Origin: Macrostomum lignano | Lineage: Eukaryota | NCBI GenBank assembly: GCA_002269645.1 | Contig: NIVC01005229.1 | Span: forward strand, 1 to 19,710 | Direction of reading: 5' to 3' | DNA length: 19,710 nt | Shown here: positions 7,917-15,900 of the stretch, one piece after another | Layout: each line of letters starts with the position of its first letter | Numbering within the stretch: the stretch's first letter is position 1 | The notes under the pieces: generated by a model | What the model was told of the DNA's origin: nothing | Seen by the model: the letters and a program-made list of their open reading frames with translations, nothing else | The model's database searches: none | Program-made: the position numbers and the translations under genes

Positions 7917-8502
7917 TTTGATAGGTGATAAACTGGCTGATTAAACTATGTAACGTAGAAAGGTCGAAGCGCAACATGCTCATAGATTTTGCTCCACTAA
8001 GAACAAAAGAACCAGTATGAAATAACAAGCATTTACAATAACGTAATGTATAAATTAGAGCAGAGAACGACTCGGGCTCATACTCAGCGTAAGACAGTAT
8101 GCCAGAGGCAGCAAGATTTGTGAGGGACAAAGCATTGCAGAAGTTAAATTTACCATGAGCAGTAATAGTTTTAATCCGAACACAAATGGCTTGAGGAGGC
8201 AGCAGTTGAGCTGGCACTCTCCGATGCAGCATAGCCACGAAGCGACGGGCAGCCCTTTTGGCGTCTGCGTGGGTCTTGGCACCGCAGATGCTCAGTTGCC
8301 CAGTAGGGTAGAGTAGCAGAGTCACTCTGGGACTTCGCATCCGCTTGATGAGCACCCGGGGCCAGACGGGCCGGTAGATCACATGAGCCATGCTGAGAGC
8401 CAGTTCCCGTAGAGGTAGCTGAGCGCCCCTGCCACCATCCAGCCTCAGATCTACTCCGCCAACCAGATTGCTCACTCTTAGGGCTGTAGCTGGTGGGCTC
8501 AT
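7912..8502 (-). CDS. TBP-like: TATA-binding protein (TBP) homolog, core domain only, 196 aa, intronless
   Basis: Two TBP repeats: VSNLVG...YRPVWPRVLIKRMRSPRVTLLLYPTGQLSICGAK...AKRAARRF and YEPESFSALIYTLRYCKCLLFHTGSFVLSGAK. Compare canonical [34 protein letters not shown] and YEPELFPGLIY...LLIFVSGKVVLTGAK. The track start at 8541 is TTG; the first ATG is 8502. Confidence 0.92.
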   Translation of the reverse strand: MSPPATALRVSNLVGGVDLRLDGGRGAQLPLRELALSMAHVIYRPVWPRVLIKRMRSPRVTLLLYPTGQLSICGAKTHADAKRAARRFVAMLHRRVPAQLLPPQAICVRIKTITAHGKFNFCNALSLTNLAASGILSYAEYEPESFSALIYTLRYCKCLLFHTGSFVLSGAKSMSMLRFDLSTLHSLISQFITYQK

Positions 8503-8543
8503 TTCGATCGTCAACTTCTTCACCAAATCTGCTTCTGCCAACT

Positions 8544-9022
8544 TTACTGCTCGTGTGCCACGGACACTGCTCGCTTCTTAAGTTGATGCAGAACTTTGGC
8601 TTAAGCCAACTGTAGTGCAGCAACGAATTTCTCACTGCACAGCCAGTATCTGAATCTTCAGTCGAGGGTGCTCCCAAATCTTCTAGGTTATAAACCTGTC
8701 TACCAAGCAGCTCAGTCAGGAAAATAGACTTCCTTTCCCCATTTGTCCAGATCGGACCACTGGCAATCCTCAGAATGTCTTCCGCCAGTTCCATGTACGG
8801 ACGGGTTCCATCATTCCACTTAAACTGGTGCAGACTCTTTGATAGCTGTCTGTAGCAAACTCGCATGTCAGGTGAGACTCTCTCCCATGGATACGGAGGT
8901 GCGTACACATGGTGAGCAATTCGGTAGCTTCCCGCTCTGACTTGAACAACTGCCAACTCCTTCACAACAAATTTTTTGCTTGTGCTGTTGCACGGGAATC
9001 CTTGGAAGTCAATGTAGTTCAT
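8544..9022 (-). CDS. Polinton-associated DEDD/DnaQ-like exonuclease-family protein; as read it runs on to 8171, overlapping TBP
   Basis: N-terminal IDFQGF...KELA, PPYPW, HQFKWNDG, NLEDLG and CAVRN resemble a family I recall from Mavericks. Similarity ends near aa 140, and the remaining tail looks like off-frame TBP sequence. The end coordinate assumes a 1-nt repair. Confidence 0.6.
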
Positions 9023-9050
9023 GATGCAGCTTTCCCTCGAAATTTCGGAG

Positions 9051-9743
9051 TCAGTCCACCTTCTTATATACTTTTCTGCCAGGCAGTTTCAGCCAGGCTG
9101 TGTTGCTCCCGTACCCCTTGACTAGACTCTCCTGTTCTTTCTCCAGTTCACCCCCTCTGCTGGTTGCCATTTTCTTCTTAACTGATTTACCAACAGCAGA
9201 AAGCGGAACATTAAGCTTTTTCTGCTGCAGCAAATCGATGAACTCGTTCCACCCAACTGGTTCACGCTCACATGACGAATCCCTCACTGCGTGCTGAATC
9301 AAGTCCAGTATGTTTGAGGAAGGGATTGACGTGCCTGCGATTTCCACCTCTCCGTTTTCACAAACTCCAATCAGCTCTGGATTGGTGGACAGGATCGTCC
9401 ATAGACTGCGAGCCCTGGTTTTGAATTTCTGTGGCACCGACTTGCTGATCTTCTCTTCCCAGGTGTTCATCTGGGGTGTCTCTATTTTCATCAACTTGGC
9501 TTCAGTATTTCGTGATCCTTCTTTTCCAGCGTGCTTGCGCTTGGCCAGCAAACTTTGCATTGCACTTTGATACATGGCGGTTTTCACATCTTCTGGATAA
9601 TCCTCGGCATACAAGATATCATCGCATTTCTTCTGAGCCTGCTTCAAGTCAGCGTCAGTGCTAGTCTCATTTGGCTTCAAATTCTGCACTAACATCTCAT
9701 ACTCTGCTTTAGAAATCAGAACCATTTCTGAAAATTTGTTCAT
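9051..9743 (-). CDS. Conserved Polinton/adintovirus protein of uncertain function (230 aa)
   Basis: MVLIS...helical N-terminus, then GEVEIAGTSIPSSNILDLI...PVGWNEFIDLL...NVP, a pattern recurrent in Polinton structural cassettes. I am unsure of the nomenclature (possibly the family called GasderminX or PZ). Confidence 0.75.
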   Translation of the reverse strand: MNKFSEMVLISKAEYEMLVQNLKPNETSTDADLKQAQKKCDDILYAEDYPEDVKTAMYQSAMQSLLAKRKHAGKEGSRNTEAKLMKIETPQMNTWEEKISKSVPQKFKTRARSLWTILSTNPELIGVCENGEVEIAGTSIPSSNILDLIQHAVRDSSCEREPVGWNEFIDLLQQKKLNVPLSAVGKSVKKKMATSRGGELEKEQESLVKGYGSNTAWLKLPGRKVYKKVD

Positions 9744-10047
9744 TTTGCTTCTTTTTCTTTACCAGCTTAAGCAGAATCGGGAGTATTTTGATGAAGCCAG
9801 CCTTTAACAAGTCTATCTTTCTTCTCTGCTGAGTAATTTTTCGAATTATCTCTTTTGACTTTGCAAGAACAGCTTTTTCATCGATCGAAAACGATAAATT
9901 GTTTTGTAAGAGATTATGACAGGCCTCAACAAGAAAATAACGCACTTCTTTTGGACAATTTTTTATCAACAGCTGCTTGAAGCGCACGGTATATTTAGGT
10001 GACGCAAGAACCGCAAAAAGACTTGCATGTGAATCAAGCACTTCCAT
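9709..10047 (-). CDS. Small basic conserved Polinton protein, probable virion core/cement protein
   Basis: LIKNCPKEVRYFLVEACHNLLQNNL...LAKSKEIIRKI...KAGFIKILPILL resembles the small protein usually found next to the Polinton ATPase. Confidence 0.7.
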   Translation of the reverse strand: MEVLDSHASLFAVLASPKYTVRFKQLLIKNCPKEVRYFLVEACHNLLQNNLSFSIDEKAVLAKSKEIIRKITQQRRKIDLLKAGFIKILPILLKLVKKKKQNEQIFRNGSDF

Positions 10048-10089
10048 AGCGATGAAAACAATAGCCGATAAAAAACAAGCTTCACTTTC

Positions 10090-10736
10090 TTAAGCAAATA
10101 CAAGATGGGGTCGCTGGTTGGGCAAAATTCTGGCCCGCACTCGCAGCTCATCGGGAGTTGATGGGTGAAAGTCTAGGAACAGGTAGGCTCCCCTGTTCTG
10201 CGCGGTCACGTGCTTGAACACTGACAGCAGAAAGCCGGGCTTCTCTGTAAAGCACTGCCTGCCCAGTGCTGCAATCTGCAGCTGGTCTCGGGGGTTTTTC
10301 AAGATAGCTAAGTACATTACATTCAAGCTCATTGTTCGCGACTCTTTTCCCTTGAAAAATATATTCTGAGTCAGCATCACCAAAAAGCACGGCAAGTGAT
10401 GTGCGATTCCTGTGAAAAAATTTCGCATTGAAGCAGAATTTGAAGTTTCCTCTATTAAGTCATCGAAAACAACCAGGTCATTGGGCCTAAGTGCTGCCTC
10501 GATGTTGGTGGGAATCCCTGGCGCAGCTGCACACCTAGGCTGCTCAGTTCTGCATGGCCTGCCTGTGAGATCCCATAGTACCACAGAACTCTGCCAGGCT
10601 TCACATCAAACATGACGTCTCTGTACTGGATCAGGTGTTTGACAAAGGTTGTTTTTCCTGCATTGGTGGGCCCGCAGACAATCATGCAGCTTCCCTGCCT
10701 GAGGCGGATATCGTAGCAAACTCGCTTTTCTCCCAT
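10090..10736 (-). CDS. FtsK/A32-type genome packaging ATPase, split by a 1-nt frameshift at about 10516-10518
   Basis: Walker A GPTNAGKTT is in the 10455-10736 frame; Walker B LVVFDD, TQN and KNPRD are in the 10090-10584 frame. One extra G gives RQGIPTNIE and a 215-aa protein. Confidence 0.93.
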
Positions 10737-10765
10737 GTCTAATGCATAAATATAGTTCTAGAAAA

Positions 10766-11275
10766 TCACGGACATCTTTTTCTTAAGTTGGCTTCAAACC
10801 TCTGTAAGATTCTATCATTCAAATGATTTTTTTCATTAGAGTGCAAACTCTTTAAAATACCCTCAAATGACCGATTGATCAGCAACTTTTGATAAGCAAA
10901 ATAGATGCAAAACACTCCGCATTTATTAGAGTTAGCACATTGAAATCTGTTTATATTGCTTCGGAGATAAAAGCCAGTTGTTTTAATCTCTCGAAACAAA
11001 TTATAAACCACAGATAAAATTTCAGGTTCCCAGCCGAGGGAGTTGAACAGCTCAATGCAATTTCCTTGCCCAGCATAGCACACCACCCAATGACCAAATG
11101 AGCCATTGTGCTGTAGTAGGATAAACACAAACTTGTTTTCAAAGGGAATTGATCGATATTTTCTTTTTAGACTCAAAGACAATACATTTTTATAGCGTGA
11201 ATGTAAAGTAATGATGAAGAATTTTCGGCAAGACAAAAATTTTCTGGCGAGATGGAGTAGTTGAATTGCTTCCAT
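10766..11275 (-). CDS. Adenain-like cysteine protease (Polinton PRO)
   Basis: GHW (His), ELFNSLG (normally FDSxG), Q-x5-CGxFC (oxyanion Gln and catalytic Cys); located next to MCP. Confidence 0.88.
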   Translation of the reverse strand: MEAIQLLHLARKFLSCRKFFIITLHSRYKNVLSLSLKRKYRSIPFENKFVFILLQHNGSFGHWVVCYAGQGNCIELFNSLGWEPEILSVVYNLFREIKTTGFYLRSNINRFQCANSNKCGVFCIYFAYQKLLINRSFEGILKSLHSNEKNHLNDRILQRFEANLRKRCP

Positions 11276-11280
11276 GCCAG

Positions 11281-12564
11281 TTAAGAGGAATAGTCCAGCA
11301 AAAGCTCCCGGTGCTTGGTGACCTCAATCAGCGAGTCATACAGGCACAGAGCGATCAGGGACACCGTTTCGTCCAGAGCCTGTCGGAAGCGAATCTCCAA
11401 CCGCAGGTTGCCCTCCTTCTGTCCGTACCACAGAGCCGCTCCCTCTGGTGTGAGATCGAATGCAAACACCGTGCTGTTGTTGGAGAAGAGCTGGTAAGGG
11501 ATCCACGGAACCGAGTTCGTGTGGCTTGCAGATTGACAGCTTTTCAGGTAGTGTAAGTATTCTCTTACAAAGGAATTGTTTTCAGGTGTGAAGGCACCGT
11601 GGCACACGGTTTCCCCACCTTTCTTTAGAGCCAACCGGCTAAGGTTGAAGCTCTGGAACTGGAACGGGCTCGCGTGATGATGACCGTTGAATGCACGGTG
11701 GCTCACGAAGGCCAGCATGATGAACTTCGGCAATTTTCCATGAGTGAATCCTTCAATGTTTTTAGATTGAATGCCCTGGGGTAGGATGAAGTTCTGCATT
11801 TCAGTTCGCTCGATGGGATACAGTGCATTTTGGTTTGTCAACCCCTGCTCGTGGGCCAGGCTGATGTGGGGCACCACTTTGACTCGGCGAAGATGCAAAA
11901 TGCAGTGAGAGATTTCCATGCGGTATGCCGCGTTGTTTGCATTCGGGCTTCTGATGGCAAAGGCCCCATCGCTGGGCACCAGTTTGATGTGCAAGTGCAG
12001 ATTGTTTAGCAGAAACACTGGGCATTGGAAAACATCGCTGAAGAGCGGTCCCGCATACTCCATCCATCGGGATTCCCTGTGGCTCTCCGTGTGCTCTTCA
12101 GCTGCCGAGTTCGGCTCCAGGAAGCCAGCAGGGTAAAGTTTTAGTTGCTGGGCATCAGATGAGCTCATTAGTGCTTTGAAGTACGCATGGTAGGGATAGA
12201 GCTGGTCTCCACCAGATACCACTCGCTGGTTAATGCTCACAATTACATCTGAGAAGGCTGTAGACAAAACAAAGTTTTCTGGGTGCACGTCACTGTCTCT
12301 GCGCTCGGTGATGATGCCATCTCCATCTCGAACATCCTCCCTCAGCAAACCCCCATCCAGTCTCACAAGGCGGCAGCGAATATAAAGAAAAGAATTAAGC
12401 AAATCAGTGTATTCATCGGCAGATTGGTGGCAGTCAAATTCAATGGGGGAGTTTGCAGTAATGGAATTTACTGGGTGAATATCAACATAAGTAGCTTTTT
12501 CAATGCAGGTTTGTAGAACAGGCGTCTTAAATAAATCAAGTCTGGGATTGAATCCGTAAGCCAT
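11281..12564 (-). CDS. Major capsid protein (double jelly-roll, hexon-like), intact, 427 aa
   Basis: LDLFKTPVLQTCIE...HPVNS...PIEF...YTDLLNSFLY N-terminus; GKLPKFIMLAFV, PFQFQSFNLS, FAFDLTP and GNLRLEIRF are typical of Polinton MCP. Confidence 0.93.
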   Translation of the reverse strand: MAYGFNPRLDLFKTPVLQTCIEKATYVDIHPVNSITANSPIEFDCHQSADEYTDLLNSFLYIRCRLVRLDGGLLREDVRDGDGIITERRDSDVHPENFVLSTAFSDVIVSINQRVVSGGDQLYPYHAYFKALMSSSDAQQLKLYPAGFLEPNSAAEEHTESHRESRWMEYAGPLFSDVFQCPVFLLNNLHLHIKLVPSDGAFAIRSPNANNAAYRMEISHCILHLRRVKVVPHISLAHEQGLTNQNALYPIERTEMQNFILPQGIQSKNIEGFTHGKLPKFIMLAFVSHRAFNGHHHASPFQFQSFNLSRLALKKGGETVCHGAFTPENNSFVREYLHYLKSCQSASHTNSVPWIPYQLFSNNSTVFAFDLTPEGAALWYGQKEGNLRLEIRFRQALDETVSLIALCLYDSLIEVTKHRELLLDYSS

Positions 12565-12566
12565 GT

Positions 12567-12952
12567 CTATGACAGAGAGTCGAGCACGCGTTTCACAGTT
12601 TTCTTGCTGACTTTTCGCTTTCGCTTTCCTCCGCCTGCTGCATTCTTCTTTGCTTTCGTCTTCCTATTCTTAAGCTTTTTCCTACTAGCCTTGCTCGGAT
12701 TTCTTTCATTGCACCTCTTATTGGTGCGATCTCTACCAGTTGCCTTTCGGGTGTACTTCTTCTTCAATCGTTTCGGACTTGCTTCAGTATTTCTTTTGCG
12801 CCTGACATTGCTATGCGTTGAGAATGATGATGTAGCCGCTGGAGGAGGCTGGTATGTCATGATCCCCGGAAAGCTCCCACAGCCATAGAGTGCAGGCTTT
12901 TCGTGTCCTGTCCTCACCCCGAATATTGCTGGATCAGCTGCTGGTAGTTCAT
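12567..12952 (-). CDS. Lys/Arg-rich core (pVII-like) protein, reconstructed 128 aa; appears fused to penton in the ORF track
   Basis: ATG AAC TAC CAG (12952) reads MNYQQLIQQYSG. One extra G at 12917-12920 continues into VRTG...LYGCGSF...and a highly basic tail. LYGC/G fits the adenain (M/I/L)xGx-G site. Confidence 0.65.
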
Positions 12953-13774
12953 TGAATGCGTTTCTCCGAATCTGAACTGTGAGCAGAACAGGGCTGAGTG
13001 TCTGGGCAATCAGTGGGCAACCATAGATGTCACGCAGCTGAACTCGAATGCTGTGAAGAAGACTGATTCGTTGAATCGGGAAGAATATTGTTTTCTTAAA
13101 TATTTTTGTTTGATAGTTGCCCCATTCAATGCCGGCTTTCATTCCAACTGTTCTCAACAGGGAGCCCAAGTTGCAATTAGTTGACTCAACGATACTGCAG
13201 TGCACATTGATTAAGCTGGTGCGCGGGCAGCCAATGCAGTGCTCGGACACGCGGCTCCCTGGCTGGATTTTCACAGCCTGGTTTCCAAATCCCAGCCAAT
13301 GCAGAATTTTGCTGGATGGAGAAACAGCTCTGCTCTCGCAGTGTTGTTGTGCACCACAGTTCGTGAGTTGCGGATTTCGAACTTCATACCGAATTCCCTG
13401 TTGCCACTACGCCCCATCAGGCCGGACTCATCAGCCTCCATCTCAGACTCCCTGTCACTCATTGCATCAAAGAATAGCGAATCAGAGTTGGCCAGCAGCT
13501 GATTCAAACGCTCCACCAGCTCCTCCACTCTAGCAAAGCGTCCGGGTTGAAGAACCAGGGCCTCATGCTCTCTTCCATCTGAGACAGTGAAGCAGTAAGG
13601 CTCGTCAACATTGAACCATGCAGCAGGCAGATGGATTTCAGCCAGACCTGCCTCATAGTCCACATTTCGATCCAAGTAAATAGGTGAAGGCAGGTAAAAA
13701 TTAAAGTCACTAGGAGTACCTTCAGCATGCTCACTGTTAATCAAAATAGTTCGCATTATAATGTTAAACCTCAT
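12949..13774 (-). CDS. Minor capsid protein (penton, single jelly-roll), reconstructed 275 aa, frameshifted
   Basis: N-terminal SDFNFYLPSPIYL...YEAGLAEIHLPAAWFNV; C-terminal INVHCSIV...LLRTV...IRVQLRDIYG...LTVQIRR. One extra A at 13307-13310 restores KILHWLGF. Confidence 0.85.
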
Positions 13775-13793
13775 GAGAAGAGATGCGCAAAAG

Positions 13794-14854
13794 CTAAACC
13801 TTTCTTAAGTCTTTTTCATCCACCCAGCCTGTCGAGTCGTAGCCGGCCCACTTCACCAGATAGCGAATTTTTCCCTTCTGCTTCTCCGTTTTCAGATCTT
13901 CTCAATCACATACAGTCGCTGTGAGTCCGGCACCGCCTGCAGCTCATGCTCATGAAAGAGACCCCGGATCTCCTCACCCTTTATGTCCCTAATCTTGTAC
14001 ATGTACGGATAGTGCTTCGGTGCCCTACATACTACAGTGTACACCTCCTCACTCCAGTTGGCCTTGTATCCTTTGTAATAGCCATTGGAAATTCTCACTG
14101 ACTGCTTTTCACTGAATTTGGGCTTCTTTGGCTTCTTTACAGTCTCAATGGCTCTTCCATTGTAAAGGTTCATCCAGACCTCAGTCTCATTCTCTTTGCA
14201 TACGCTAGTCGGTGCCATTTTGATGCTTCTGTGGTAAGTGTTGTTGTACGACTTGACCAGCTTTGGCAACACATCAACCCAATGCAAAGTGCTCTTGTGG
14301 GTGAAATATCGCCACATTTTGTTTTTCAAAGTTCTATTCCACCTCTCTATGATGGCTGCTTTTTGCTCACTATTAGTGGGGAATGCCAAAATTCCCTTGC
14401 TTATACAGAACTCCCGAAAATTGGTATTGATGAACTCTTTTCCTTGATCCGTGCGGACTGTGCGTGGCTGGCGCTTTGAGCACCTCAGGATACTCTCGAA
14501 TGCGAACTTGACTTCCGCAGCTGATTTGTTTTTTAGAGGCCTGGCCCAACCAGATTTAGAGAGGACATCTATACATGTGAGAATATACTTGTAGCCGTTA
14601 TTGTATTTTGCAAATGGTATCATCTCAACCAGGTCAAGTTCCCACTGATCATCAATAGCCCTAACAATGATTGGTGCCATAGGATAGCGTCTCCTAGCTT
14701 GCTTGTGCAGTGTGTACACAGGCTGCTCAGTCAGCCATTGTCCGATGCTCTTTTTAGATTCACGATTATCCTGTGTTTTCTTGAGCTCGTGCAGAAGCTT
14801 TGAGACACCCGAGAAACTGGCAGGCTGAGCAGGGTTGTAGTAGATCTTTTCCAT
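13794..14854 (-). CDS. Retroviral-type (rve, DDE) integrase with a C-terminal chromodomain reached via a 1-nt frameshift at 13895
   Basis: YYNPAQPASFSG; D (WELDL), D (RTDQGKEF), E (IIERWNRTLK). The -1 frame after VIEKI reads LKTEKQKGKIRYLVKWAGYDSTGWVDEKDL. The track start at 14890 is TTG; the first ATG is 14854. Confidence 0.95.
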
Positions 14855-15041
14855 TATCAAAATCAAGCTGAATGAAAGCCTGCAAAACAATTTTTTTAAG
14901 TTCTTTTCGCGGTTTGCTCATTGAGCCACTGTTCAATGCTCTTTCAATTTTTATGCCCACCCTCTTCTCTAACTTGATGCAGCAGCTTTGAGCAAATTGA
15001 AAAACTAGCTGGTTGGCCAGGAGCAAAGTAATTTTTTCCAT
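14766..15041 (-). CDS. Small hypothetical protein upstream of and overlapping the integrase
   Basis: ATG at 15041, 81 nt after a TATAAAAG; helical-looking sequence; no family recognised. Confidence 0.35.
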   Translation of the reverse strand: MEKITLLLANQLVFQFAQSCCIKLEKRVGIKIERALNSGSMSKPRKELKKIVLQAFIQLDFDNGKDLLQPCSACQFLGCLKASARAQENTG

Positions 15042-15122
15042 TTTCTCAAGAAACAAAAGTCAACAGTCTAATTTTTTCTTAAGCACAAGAACAAAGGAAA
15101 ACAATTTTTTTATGAAAAGAAG

Positions 15123-15130
15123 CTTTTATA
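15123..15130 (-). promoter_or_regulatory. TATA box (TATAAAAG) upstream of the integrase/structural cassette
   Basis: Exact match to the adenovirus major-late TATA sequence, but in AT-rich DNA. Confidence 0.4.
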
Positions 15131-15300
15131 TTTTTCAGCGGATAAGAAACAATAGTTGCATGATTTTCTTAAATGGAGAGACTTAATTAAGTTTTCTGGA
15201 TAAATGAGCAATGTTAATTATAGAAATTGTTAAATGAGCCAATTTAAGTCTGTCACCAGTCACCAAAGTTCTTCAAAGCACTTCTTATTCTTCTTCTTCT

Positions 15301-15900
15301 TCACTCCTCATCCTCATTGAGGCGCAGTCTCATGGCATTCTGCCTGCGCAGCGGATATGGTTGCTTGCGCTTCCTGACGTTCTCGACCGCAGCTGCTTCA
15401 GCCCGGAAGCGATACCAGACTGGGTCCTGCAGCAAATCCGAATCCTGCTTTGGGATAAAGCCAGCTGCAGCACTTGTCACCGGTAGAGGCGTTGATGTGA
15501 CCACTTCATCGTCGATGCGCAGAGTGCTTGATTGGACGCCCTCATCCTCAGTCTTCGCAAGCCGCACGATGTCGTCCTTGTTGCTGTTGTCATCATCATC
15601 ACCGTTGCTCTCGCTCGAAGATCCCGACTCCAGCTCATACACATCAGAAATTTGGCGTGGGGCAGACAGCTGCTCGTCGATCCATGCAGCCTGCTCCCAC
15701 AGTTTTCGCCACAGAGCTGGTGCCAAAGCCACAGTGTTTCGCTTCAAAAATTCTTCGCAACAATCTTCTGGAAGCCGTCTTAGCCAGATGATGCCGTTCT
15801 TAACCTCAACAAACTTATCAAAACCGAGTTTGATGATCCTCTGTTGCCCGCCTAGGGCCGCCTTCACGAGAGTTGCTTCAGTTCTTTCAACTTCTCCCAT
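15301..15900 (-). CDS. Divergent PC4-like domain plus acidic/Ser-rich linker and basic C-terminus; probably the C-terminal part of a tandem-PC4 protein
   Basis: IKLGFDKFVEVKNGIIWLRR...VALAPALWRKLWEQAAWIDEQL aligns with PC4 FQIGKMRYVSV...IDIRE...[22 protein letters not shown]. Confidence 0.7.
   Translation of the reverse strand: MGEVERTEATLVKAALGGQQRIIKLGFDKFVEVKNGIIWLRRLPEDCCEEFLKRNTVALAPALWRKLWEQAAWIDEQLSAPRQISDVYELESGSSSESNGDDDDNSNKDDIVRLAKTEDEGVQSSTLRIDDEVVTSTPLPVTSAAAGFIPKQDSDLLQDPVWYRFRAEAAAVENVRKRKQPYPLRRQNAMRLRLNEDEE

Noticed and set aside
7912-8541. TBP-like ORF as a host gene or host retrocopy
   Set aside because: It lies inside the TIRs, is packed co-directionally with element genes and is far more diverged than cellular TBPs, yet intact.
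10505-13310. Programmed -1 ribosomal frameshifting at the ATPase and penton breaks
   Set aside because: GGGATTC and AAAATTC are not canonical slippery heptamers, and these genes are normally continuous; base loss is simpler.
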